From the NCBI GenBank assembly GCA_011364975.1, contig RDOE01000053.1, forward strand, positions 1 through 22,155: a DNA stretch of 22,155 bases. The letters are read 5' to 3'. Below the pieces are notes generated by a model, which was given only the letters and a program-made list of their open reading frames with translations, was not told the DNA's origin and did no database searches. Source of the stretch: Promethearchaeota archaeon (GTDB lineage: Archaea; Asgardarchaeota; Lokiarchaeia; Sigyniarchaeales; SOKP01). Position 1 is the first letter of the stretch. The number at the start of each line of letters is the position of its first letter. The position numbers were made by a program, and so were the translations under genes. This document shows, piece after piece, positions 1 through 8,197 of the stretch.

Positions 1-207
1 TGTAAGAGTCAAACCTAAAATTCGGCGTAAAACAGCTTTAACCTGACCCTGGCTTATCGTCTTTTCATATTTTTCACTAATACTCATAGCTAATTTCTCG
101 ATGTTTAGTGTTTTAGATATCTTTTCAGAAGAATACTCAATCCTTCTTAAAAAATTGGATAAACTCGTAACTTGTTTTTCACTAAATGTTTCAAAATTGG
201 AATTCAT
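1..207 (-). CDS. Hypothetical protein, N-terminal part only (runs off the left edge)
   Basis: Manual translation from ATG at 207: MNSNFETFSEKQVTSLSNFLRRIEYSSEKISKTLNIEKLAMSISEKYEKTISQGQVKAVLRRILGLTLT, 69 open codons. A purine-rich RBS-like GGAGAGAGG lies just upstream on the minus strand. Not in the ORF track. Confidence 0.75.
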   Translation of the reverse strand, partial: MNSNFETFSEKQVTSLSNFLRRIEYSSEKISKTLNIEKLAMSISEKYEKTISQGQVKAVLRRILGLTLT

Positions 208-239
208 TTCCTCTCTCCCTTTACTTTTACTTTAATTTT

Positions 240-300
240 ACGTCCACTTTAATATTGCACGTTGGCAATGAGACATGACGTCCAATCATATAATGGACAT
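240..300. promoter_or_regulatory. Two tandem imperfect palindromic operator-like sites, AYGTSCA-N9-TGSACRT
   Basis: ACGTCCA-CTTTAATAT-TGCACGT (240-262) and ACGTCCA-ATCATATAA-TGGACAT (278-300). Both lie between an AT-rich TATA-like zone (~301-325) and the minus-strand ATG at 207. Confidence 0.6.
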
Positions 301-459
301 TTTAATATTTAAATCTTTGTATAAAATTACAAAATGATATTTTAATTGAGTATAGAATAATTCCTAAGAGAGAAAATTTTTTATACAAACCTTTCTAAAG
401 ATCAAAGGTAAAGTAAACATTTAATAAACCTTTAATTAAAAGAATAGAGTGAAATATTT

Positions 460-1110
460 ATGGATATAGAAAGCTTAGAAAGAGCATCAGGTAAAAATTT
501 AGAATTATCTAGTTCCGAGAAAATAATAGCTAAAGAATCTGAGACTTTAGCTAAGCAAGAACTAAAAAGAGCTCAAGCCCGCGAAAATTTATCAAAGAAT
601 CAATTAGAATTAGCTAGATCTAAGCTAAGATTAGCAGAAAAGACTAAGAATTTTATAGAAGATAAACAAAAAGTACAAGAAATCCTAAATTTATCTGAAA
701 GTGGTTTAAAAATAGAAATTGAGAATGCGCAATATACCGAAAAATTAGCTAAAGTTCAGATAGACATTGGAGAAATTCATAGAAAAATCGCAATAATTGA
801 AAAAGATTTAGCAGAGGAGAGGTTAAAACTAGCTGCGGAAAAGTTAAATCTAGCAAATGAGCGAGCGAAATTATCAAAAAAGCAATTTAATTATATTAAA
901 TTAAAAACTAAAGGCGTAGGTGAAGAAAAGTTAGTTAAAGCAGAAGAAGACTATATTAAACAGGGAAAAGAAATTGATAAAGCTCAAGAAAAAATTTCAG
1001 AAAAAATTAAGGATATTAATAAATTAGAAAACGCTATTGCAGATTCTAAAAGAGAACTTTCAAATAAATTATCAGAAAGAGAAAAAATTAGACCAACTTA
1101 TCTTAAATAA
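460..1110 (+). CDS. Long coiled-coil protein (K/E-rich, LA-heptad repeats)
   Basis: 216 aa ORF with GAGTGA RBS upstream. Heptads: LAKQELK-RAQAREN-LSKNQLE-LARSKLR-LAEKTKN and LAEERLK-LAAEKLN-LANERAK. Confidence 0.85.
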   Translation: MDIESLERASGKNLELSSSEKIIAKESETLAKQELKRAQARENLSKNQLELARSKLRLAEKTKNFIEDKQKVQEILNLSESGLKIEIENAQYTEKLAKVQIDIGEIHRKIAIIEKDLAEERLKLAAEKLNLANERAKLSKKQFNYIKLKTKGVGEEKLVKAEEDYIKQGKEIDKAQEKISEKIKDINKLENAIADSKRELSNKLSEREKIRPTYLK

Positions 1111-1190
1111 CGGTATTAAATCAAATGAACTTTTTAAATCAATTATTAACTATATTTTTTAATCTATAAATTCCTTGAAAGTGAGTTTAA

Positions 1191-1382
1191 TTGGATCAGA
1201 ATATAATCTTATTAGTAATTCTTTCAATTATATTAATTTGTGCGATTAGTATTTTTATAAAAATTATCTCTAATCTGCTAAAAGGTGATTCAATTGAAGA
1301 TATAGTTTTATTTTTAATAATGGGAGTTATTATTATCATTACTTTAGCTCTAATCCTTGGATTAGCTGAATTCGCTTTTTAG
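1191..1382 (+). CDS. Small membrane protein with two TM helices
   Basis: TTG start after an AAGTGAG RBS-like motif. Two hydrophobic segments are separated by a short charged loop (KGDSIED). Confidence 0.7.
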   Translation: MDQNIILLVILSIILICAISIFIKIISNLLKGDSIEDIVLFLIMGVIIIITLALILGLAEFAF

Positions 1383-1525
1383 GTAAATTTAGAAATCCTG
1401 AAATTTAATTGTATAGATTGAAATAGATGTTTCAAATATTTTATCTAATTTGAGAAATTAGTACCAAAAGATTAATATAAAGAAAATGCAAATATTAAAA
1501 ATAGAGCCTTTTTAATATAGAAAAA

Positions 1526-1813
1526 ATGTATCAAATAGAAAAACTCTCTGACACTTGCTTCTTTATTAAAGCTATTGGGACATTTCCCTTTTTTCTAAAA
1601 CTTGAATCATTAAATGCTATATTAGATCTGTTAAAGCGCGATAATGACCGATTATATAGAACAGCATTCATTATTTCCAATAATCCCCCATTAGATACGG
1701 AATTTTCATTTCTTTTAGACAAAGCTAAATCTTCCAAAAGGAAAATAGTATCTAATTTAGAGGAAGCAAAACGTTGGATAGGGCTTTCCAGAATAATTAT
1801 TAAAAAGGATTAG
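1526..1813 (+). CDS. Small STAS/SEC14 (SpoIIAA-like) domain protein, possibly internally shortened
   Basis: N-terminal 'FFIKAIGTF' strand, 'RTAFII' strand and C-terminal 'KIVSNLEEAKRWI', which resembles the typical SpoIIAA-like/STAS-SEC14 ending. Confidence 0.55.
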   Translation: MYQIEKLSDTCFFIKAIGTFPFFLKLESLNAILDLLKRDNDRLYRTAFIISNNPPLDTEFSFLLDKAKSSKRKIVSNLEEAKRWIGLSRIIIKKD

Positions 1814-1887
1814 CCCTAATCTTCGTAATTGCTCTCATATTATAATCTTATTCCTCTCTCTCAAGTTATTAGTCAGTAATCCATTGA

Positions 1888-2238
1888 TTAAAATGTGATT
1901 ATAGTATATCCTTGTGCTATATATTTTCCCATGCTTGGATGACCCATTAATTCAGTACAGGTTGGAAACCCTAATTTATCAACCATATCTAAAGAACCCA
2001 TTTTATTGGAACATGCTTTACAGAAACAATCAATTAAACCACTATTCCGTAATTTATTATATTGATCAAAAAATGGGTTTTGCTTATTTTGAAATTGATC
2101 TGCTAATTTGGTTGCAGAACCCTCAACAATAACTTTAACCTCATGCCCCCTCTGATTTAAATCCAAAGCATTAAGAATTACATGGATAAAACACATAGGG
2201 TCTCCGTTAAATGCAAATAATGCAAATTTTTCTGTCAT
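1888..2238 (-). CDS. DsrE/DsrF-like family protein
   Basis: 116 aa with GDPMCFIHVILNALDL, VKVIVEGSAT, CKAC and a C-terminal 'GYTIITF' typical of the DsrE family. Confidence 0.85.
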   Translation of the reverse strand: MTEKFALFAFNGDPMCFIHVILNALDLNQRGHEVKVIVEGSATKLADQFQNKQNPFFDQYNKLRNSGLIDCFCKACSNKMGSLDMVDKLGFPTCTELMGHPSMGKYIAQGYTIITF

Positions 2239-2289
2239 TTAAAATAATCTCAAAATTGGTTTTCTAATATTATTTCTGGATACATTATA

Positions 2290-3090
2290 CTATTTAATCT
2301 TTAATCTTTTTTTACATAAATCTATCGCGTTAGGGTTATTATCTACCCCAATCCACTTTCTCTTTAAGCTATCTGCTACCGCGAGAGTTGTTCCTGTACC
2401 ACAAAAAAAGTCTGCAATTATGTCGTTTTCATCTGAAGACGCTAAAATTATACGTTCCAGTAATTTTTCAGGTTTTTGGGTGGGGTACCCGAGATAGTTT
2501 TTTGACCGAGTTCTTGTTTGATACGAATATATGTCATTCCAGACATCCCCGATTAATCTTCCCGGCTTTTCATCTAAAAATTGCTTTCCCCCTCTTCGTT
2601 TTCTATAAATTCGCCCATTCTCGTCTTTATAGCGAAACATTTTTTTCACATATTCCTCTCGATATGGAGTATATTGCTTATTAAATTTGAAATCATCTGA
2701 TTTTGTATAATAAAGAATGGTATCATGTTGACGAACCCATCCTTTCACTTGACTTTTAAATCCAGATACACTTCCTACATTCCAAATAATTTCTCTTCGA
2801 AAAAACTCTCTTCCAAAAATGCTATCACATATTGGCTTCAAGTCAAATACAGCATTATTATCAATATGGAGATAGAAACTTCCTGAAATTTTAAGGGTAC
2901 GATGCATTTCCTCAATTCTCACCCTCATATACTTCAAATAATCGTCCAATGATTTCCATATATCGGAAAATTCCTTATAATCAACTCCTGTGTAAAAGGG
3001 AGGATCAATATAGATTAAATCAATAAACTCAGAATCAATCATCCTTAAAATGTCTAAATTATCAGAAAGAAAAAGTGAATTAAGTTTCAT
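2290..3090 (-). CDS. Site-specific DNA methyltransferase (N6-adenine/N4-cytosine, beta class), orphan
   Basis: Motif IV DLIYIDPPF precedes the SAM-binding DFFCGTGTT; YPTQKPEKLLERII is also present. The start is moved from 3123 to ATG 3090 (MKLNSLFLSDNL), which avoids overlap with the divergent gene. Confidence 0.92.
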   Translation of the reverse strand: MKLNSLFLSDNLDILRMIDSEFIDLIYIDPPFYTGVDYKEFSDIWKSLDDYLKYMRVRIEEMHRTLKISGSFYLHIDNNAVFDLKPICDSIFGREFFRREIIWNVGSVSGFKSQVKGWVRQHDTILYYTKSDDFKFNKQYTPYREEYVKKMFRYKDENGRIYRKRRGGKQFLDEKPGRLIGDVWNDIYSYQTRTRSKNYLGYPTQKPEKLLERIILASSDENDIIADFFCGTGTTLAVADSLKRKWIGVDNNPNAIDLCKKRLKIK

Positions 3091-3112
3091 TGGAGAGTTA
3101 ATTTGGGATGCA

Positions 3113-3120
3113 TTTTTATA
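3113..3120. promoter_or_regulatory. Candidate shared TATA box for divergent genes
   Basis: Reads TTTTTATA on + and TATAAAAA on -. It sits at -30..-23 relative to the MTase ATG (3090) and about 30 nt upstream of ATG 3150. Confidence 0.35.
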
Positions 3121-3149
3121 CAATTATTATGGAGAAAGAACGATTAAAT

Positions 3150-3509
3150 ATGAATCTCTTGGATGAGTTCCAAAGATATGATTTTTCTAAAATTAAGGAA
3201 CAAAACATCTTTTTAGTTGGTTCCATTCGTTTTAAGGATTATTTTATAAAAATAGAATCGATTTTGCAAATCATCTTTAAAAAAGTGGTATATCTCTGTT
3301 CTGTAGATGGTTTATTAAATAAACATCAATTTTCTGTCGAAGAGTGGGATAAATTACAAGAGATTGCTATAAAAAAGCTTCATAATCATGACGCATTATT
3401 AGTTATTGATGTAAATAACTATATCGGTGAACAAACATCAGAAGAAATTGAATATTTTCAAAAAGTTATCAAAAAACCAGTGTACTTTTTATCTAAATTG
3501 CAAAGCTAA
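3150..3509 (+). CDS. Nucleoside 2-deoxyribosyltransferase-like (DUF4406-like) Rossmannoid protein
   Basis: Pattern IFLVGSIRF...KKLHNHDALLVIDVNNYIGEQTSEEIEY matches the NDT-like fold (D-x-[LIV]-x-V...G-x-x-T-x-x-E-I-x-Y). Start could be 3129 or 3150. Confidence 0.65.
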   Translation: MNLLDEFQRYDFSKIKEQNIFLVGSIRFKDYFIKIESILQIIFKKVVYLCSVDGLLNKHQFSVEEWDKLQEIAIKKLHNHDALLVIDVNNYIGEQTSEEIEYFQKVIKKPVYFLSKLQS

Positions 3510-3675
3510 TTAAATTCATGAACTAATTTCTTCAGTTCTATTTTAAGTACACTAATTTTCAGTTGTAAATCATAAATTTTATGAACTCGCATTATTTTAA
3601 GGTTTAAGCTTGAATTAAATATTAAGGAAATTACTTAAAAAGTCAATTCCTAAAAAAGAAAGGTTAATTTTAAAT

Positions 3676-4656
3676 ATGGAATTGTTCCAAATATTTTGGG
3701 ACGATCAGAAGAATTTATTCTTAGAATTTAAAAAAAGTGAAGAAGAGATAGTTGAATTTCTTCCTAATAATCTAAAAAGATTAACCTTTCAATTTGAGCT
3801 TGCGAAAATTGTAAGAAATGATATTTATTACAAACAAGCCCCAATTTTGGTATCAATTAGAAAAATTTATCATTCAAATGATTTCTTATGTTTCACAATC
3901 GAATTGGATCAAATCCATGATTATGAAGATTTACAAATCACTGTACTGAGTTTAACTATTTTTTTAAGCAATAGTACTAAGATAGAATATCATTTTACGG
4001 AGAAATATAATATTTCTGAGATTGGGATTAATGAAGATTGTTATGATGGGTTTGAACCGATCGATTTAAACTCAAATCGAAATACACATAGACGAATAAC
4101 CAAAGAGAAAATTTTCCGAGAGGAAAAAACAGACTTTCTACAACAGAAAAAAGAAAGCAGAGTCATATATGAAAAAAATAGCATTGAAAGTTTTAATGTA
4201 GACGGTTCGATCTTCTCTCTTATGAAAGAAAATAATGAAACTTTAAAATCTATTGCATTTCACTTAAAAGAATTAACTTCAACTTTACAAAATATACCAT
4301 TAAACTCAATTTCATATGGAACTCCTACTGGGCCACCACAAAGAATTTCTGGTCCGGCTATTGAGAGAATTCAGAAACCAGAATTAATAAATTTAATTCA
4401 AGGAAGTAACTCATCAGCCAAGGTTTTAGTAATAAGAGAATTGAAAGAAAAGTTTCAAAAAACCATAGAAATGCATAATGGATTTAGTATTAAGGACATT
4501 TTAAAACCCATGAATGATGCTGAATTAAAGGCAATCACTCTTGATGAAGAGAAATTAAGAAAAAAAGAAGAAATTGCTATCCAAAACCAGATAAAGAGAC
4601 TAGAAAATAAACAAAATAAGGAAATTAAGCTTGATGAACTAAAGAAACCCAATTAA
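3676..4656 (+). CDS. Hypothetical protein (N-terminal globular domain, short coiled coil, Pro-rich linker, helical C-terminus)
   Basis: 326 aa ORF with host-like codon usage and an AAGGT motif upstream. No family recognised. Confidence 0.8.
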   Translation: MELFQIFWDDQKNLFLEFKKSEEEIVEFLPNNLKRLTFQFELAKIVRNDIYYKQAPILVSIRKIYHSNDFLCFTIELDQIHDYEDLQITVLSLTIFLSNSTKIEYHFTEKYNISEIGINEDCYDGFEPIDLNSNRNTHRRITKEKIFREEKTDFLQQKKESRVIYEKNSIESFNVDGSIFSLMKENNETLKSIAFHLKELTSTLQNIPLNSISYGTPTGPPQRISGPAIERIQKPELINLIQGSNSSAKVLVIRELKEKFQKTIEMHNGFSIKDILKPMNDAELKAITLDEEKLRKKEEIAIQNQIKRLENKQNKEIKLDELKKPN

Positions 4657-4741
4657 TAGTACAATTTTATTATAAAGCTTTAATTTAACTAAATTGTTGA
4701 TAAATTATTGAGGTTTCAAAATTCAATCGAGGTTAGTTAAA

Positions 4742-5518
4742 ATTCTATTAAATTATTTTATTGGTACTGCTGGGAGTGGTAAATCCACCTTAACAGGAGA
4801 GCTAAAAAATTATATCGAAAATCGCGATCCAGAAATTTCGACTATAACATTAAATTTAGATCCTGGTGTAACTACTCTTCCATATACTCCAGATATAGAC
4901 ATAAGAGATTATATTATTCTCGAAGAAGTTATGAACGAATATGGATTGGGTCCTAATGGTGGTATGATTTTAGCATCTGATTTAATGGTGAATTATTTAG
5001 ATGACCTAAAAAATGAAATTGATGAATATAATCCTGATTGGATCCTAGTAGACACAGCAGGTCAACTTGAATTATTTGCTTTCCGAGAAACTGGGCCATT
5101 AATAGCAAGTTCCTTAGGTTTTGGTTCAATAGAAAGATCTGTATCCTTTTTATTTGATTCAAATTTTGTTCGTAGACCTAATGGTTTCATTTCTACCTTA
5201 CTTTTAGCTGCTTCAGTTCAATTCAGATTTAGGGACATTTCTCAAATTAATGTTTTATCTAAAGTAGATTTATTGGGAGAGGATCAAATAGATATGATAA
5301 TTAATTGGAGCCAGGATTTTAAAGCTTTAGAAGATTCCACTAACGAACGAGAGAGTGGATTAATAAGAGAGCTATCCATGCTTATCTCCGAAGTTTTTAT
5401 TCAATTAGGATCTACAGCGGAATTAATTCCTAGTAGTATTAAAGAAGAGAATGGGTTAGATTTATTATTTGGATCGTTACAAAGAGTTTTTGATTCTGAT
5501 AAATCACAATTTTATTAA
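4742..5518 (+). CDS. GPN-loop GTPase; probable non-canonical ATT start
   Basis: The frame extends 63 codons upstream of the listed ATG 4931: ILLNYFIGTAGSGKST (P-loop), NLDPG, DIDIRDYI. GLGPNGG, DTAGQLELF and LSKVDLL follow. In-frame TGA at 4709-4711, with no ATG/GTG/TTG between it and the P-loop. Confidence 0.92.
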   Translation: MLLNYFIGTAGSGKSTLTGELKNYIENRDPEISTITLNLDPGVTTLPYTPDIDIRDYIILEEVMNEYGLGPNGGMILASDLMVNYLDDLKNEIDEYNPDWILVDTAGQLELFAFRETGPLIASSLGFGSIERSVSFLFDSNFVRRPNGFISTLLLAASVQFRFRDISQINVLSKVDLLGEDQIDMIINWSQDFKALEDSTNERESGLIRELSMLISEVFIQLGSTAELIPSSIKEENGLDLLFGSLQRVFDSDKSQFY

Positions 5519-5563
5519 ATTACAAAAATATATTAGCTTAAGACAAAGAGTATTTTAAGAAGC

Positions 5564-6661
5564 ATGAAAATAATTGGTCCTTGTGCAGGTATTGGTTCCC
5601 GTTTACGCCCATTTACTCTAAGTAAACCGAAAGCTTTCATTAATGTTGCAGGAAAACCTGTTTTAGAACACATTCTAGATAAGTTCAGCAATACTTTTGA
5701 TTTAACTTCTGAACTTATTCTAATTGTAGGTTATAAAAAAAGACAAATAACTGAGTTTGTAAGAAAAAAGTATAATAAAAAATTTAAATTGACATTTATT
5801 GAACAAATACCACGAGGTTATGATGATGATGTCCCATATTATTGGGGCTTAGGTGAAGCGGTTTACTTAGCTCATACGAGATTCGAAGAAAAGAATATCA
5901 ACAATAGAGAAGAAGATAAGAGGGAAGGTTCTTTAATCTTCTTAGCGGATATGATACCCATCGATGAGCATTCTTACTTAATGTATCGTTATTTTGAATC
6001 TGATGTTGATGGGATTATCACAGTCATGGAAGTCCCTGCAGAGAACGCCAGTTCATATGGGATAGTCTCAGTTGATGAAGATTCTATTATAACTCGTTTA
6101 GTAGAAAAACCTAAGGAATTTGTCTCTAATTTGGCTATCGCAGGATTATATGCTTTTTCTCATAGAACCACTTTAGCATTATTCAAATTTATTAGTAAAT
6201 ATTTAGAAAAACGAAATGAAAACTCCAAGGAAATCTATCTTACTGAAAGCCTTCAAGATTTAGTGAATGCTGGTTTTAAAATTGCTGCTGTTAAACTTAA
6301 AAAGGGTATTTTAGATTTTGGTAGACCCTCCGAAGTGTTAAATGGAAATAAATTCCTTCTAAGACAAAATTCTATTAAAGTTGAGGATTTTAAGGATAAT
6401 AACATTACTTTCGAACGTTCTTTTATAAAAAATCCGGTTTATATTGGAAAAGAAACTCAGATTTTCAATTCTGTAATTGGACCAGACGTTTCCTTAGGAG
6501 AGAACTCTTATATCGAGAACTGTATTTTAGAGAATTGTGTTATCGAAAGAAATGCTATTCTTAAAAATGTCATTACTGATAATTCCATAATTGGAAGTTA
6601 TGTTAATATTGAAAATATTACAAAGGATAACCTCATAATCGGAGATAAAAGCATATATTAG
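5564..6661 (+). CDS. Sugar-phosphate nucleotidyltransferase (glucose-1-phosphate thymidylyltransferase-like) with C-terminal left-handed beta-helix
   Basis: AGIGSRLRPFTLSKPKA, YGIV, LVEKP, SNLAIAGLY, EIYLTESLQ and DFGRP motifs, followed by hexapeptide repeats. Confidence 0.9.
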   Translation: MKIIGPCAGIGSRLRPFTLSKPKAFINVAGKPVLEHILDKFSNTFDLTSELILIVGYKKRQITEFVRKKYNKKFKLTFIEQIPRGYDDDVPYYWGLGEAVYLAHTRFEEKNINNREEDKREGSLIFLADMIPIDEHSYLMYRYFESDVDGIITVMEVPAENASSYGIVSVDEDSIITRLVEKPKEFVSNLAIAGLYAFSHRTTLALFKFISKYLEKRNENSKEIYLTESLQDLVNAGFKIAAVKLKKGILDFGRPSEVLNGNKFLLRQNSIKVEDFKDNNITFERSFIKNPVYIGKETQIFNSVIGPDVSLGENSYIENCILENCVIERNAILKNVITDNSIIGSYVNIENITKDNLIIGDKSIY

Positions 6662-6820
6662 AAAAGCTCTTAGTTTTTGTGGGGATTATATTTACCTCTG
6701 GGAATATAAAATAATTTTATTATACCTAGTAAATATATTCAAAGTAAGATTAAAATACAAAAGAAAAAGAAATAATTATTTGATACTAAATCTATTATAA
6801 TCAAAATAGAGTGTGAAAAA

Positions 6821-8197
6821 ATGCCATACAAAATAGCTTTTGATATAGGCCATAAACCTCGAGGAAAATTGGATGAAAATTTAACTGAATTACGGGATTT
6901 CTTAAATAATAATGGTTTTATTTGTTATAATTTCTTAGAAACTCCAATTACACATAATTCATTAAAACCTTTTGATGTTTTAGTTTTTGCATGCCCTGAT
7001 TTTTCAAAAGTGTCTTCACTTGAAATTTCAGAAATTTCTAGCTGGGTACATGAAGAGGGTGGTGGTTTATTGTTACTCTCCCATGCTGGGGGTGATAGAG
7101 GAAGAAATAGTAATTTAAGCGAATTAAGTCAAAATTTCGGTATATTATTTGAAAATGATCAAGTATTAGATAATTCTTATAATTTAGGCATGGAAAATAT
7201 GCCGATAATAACCTCGTTTATCCCACCACATCCTATTACTAATGGAATCACCTCCCTATGTTACCGTTCTGGCTGTTCTTTAACAATTGTAGGAACTGCT
7301 TTTTCAATTGCCTCCTCTAACGAAACTTCTGAACCTTTTTCTACACCATTAGTTTGTGTGGCAGAACCAGAAAAAGGTAGAGTCTGTGCAATAGGTAGTT
7401 ATGAGATGTTTAGAGATCGAATCGGAGGGGGCTTTAATAATGAAGAGCATCCCAGTTTTGCATATAATTTATTTTCTTGGTTAATCTCAGATTATCGAAT
7501 GGAATTACACTCCTCTGGAGCAATACCTGAAATTACTCCACAAGAAGTTATTAATCCTCCACAATCTCTTAATTCAATGTCAATGAATTCTGAACTTCAA
7601 AATCTTGATATTTCTTTTCCTGGTAAAATTTCTGGTTCAAGTGATTTGATTGGACTTCTTAAACTTTTTCAAAGTCAAATCAATGTAATTAAAGGTACTA
7701 TAGATAAACTTGTTGATTCCGTGATGATTACTCAAGAAAATAAGTTTGAAAGAAAAGTTTCTCAAAATACACCTTCTAAGCCAATTATTTTGGAAGAATC
7801 TAAATCGGAAGAATATTTAAAGAAATCTTTTACTCCAGGAATCGATGATTTATTAGAATCTAACGGTGAATTATCCGAACTCCCCCCAAAACCACAAAGT
7901 TTTAAGAAATCAGGTGAAAGTATTTCAATCGCGCTTCCTTCCATAGATGATAATTCAGAATTGAAATCTGCTCCCAAACTTCGCTTTAAGAAAAAGACTA
8001 AGAAAGAAGACTTAATAGCTGAGAAAAATGGATTAGAAGATAAGCTTAATTCAATAAAAAGCCTAATTAATTTCATGGATAAGAAATTAAAAGCAGGTAG
8101 TATTGATAAAAAATCTTATGAGAAGAGAATAACTCAATTAAAAACTGATTTGAAAAAAGTTCAATCTCGAATAGAAGAGATTAATAAAGAACTTTAG
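6821..8197 (+). CDS. GIFT (GldG/IFT52)/DUF4350-like domain protein with low-complexity linker and C-terminal coiled coil
   Basis: IAFDIGH...FDVLVFACP...EISEISSWVHEEGGGLLLLS..GG..NSNLSELSQNFGI.FEND, CYRSGCSL and KGRVCAIGS.EMFRD are characteristic of the GATase-like GIFT fold. GAGTGTGA RBS upstream. Confidence 0.75.
   Translation: MPYKIAFDIGHKPRGKLDENLTELRDFLNNNGFICYNFLETPITHNSLKPFDVLVFACPDFSKVSSLEISEISSWVHEEGGGLLLLSHAGGDRGRNSNLSELSQNFGILFENDQVLDNSYNLGMENMPIITSFIPPHPITNGITSLCYRSGCSLTIVGTAFSIASSNETSEPFSTPLVCVAEPEKGRVCAIGSYEMFRDRIGGGFNNEEHPSFAYNLFSWLISDYRMELHSSGAIPEITPQEVINPPQSLNSMSMNSELQNLDISFPGKISGSSDLIGLLKLFQSQINVIKGTIDKLVDSVMITQENKFERKVSQNTPSKPIILEESKSEEYLKKSFTPGIDDLLESNGELSELPPKPQSFKKSGESISIALPSIDDNSELKSAPKLRFKKKTKKEDLIAEKNGLEDKLNSIKSLINFMDKKLKAGSIDKKSYEKRITQLKTDLKKVQSRIEEINKEL

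Noticed and set aside
1531-2684. Shadow ORFs 1531..1737(-), 1914..2132(+) and 2388..2684(+)
   Set aside because: They are antisense to better-supported genes (STAS-like, DsrE, MTase) and have no motifs.
3091-3128. Overlapping 5' ends of the MTase (3123) and the ORF starting at 3108
   Set aside because: Downstream ATGs (3090; 3129/3150) give family-typical N-termini and remove the overlap.
4709-4711. In-frame TGA upstream of the GPN GTPase as a Sec or read-through codon
   Set aside because: It lies upstream of the family's normal N-terminus, and the sequence further upstream is AT-rich intergenic DNA.
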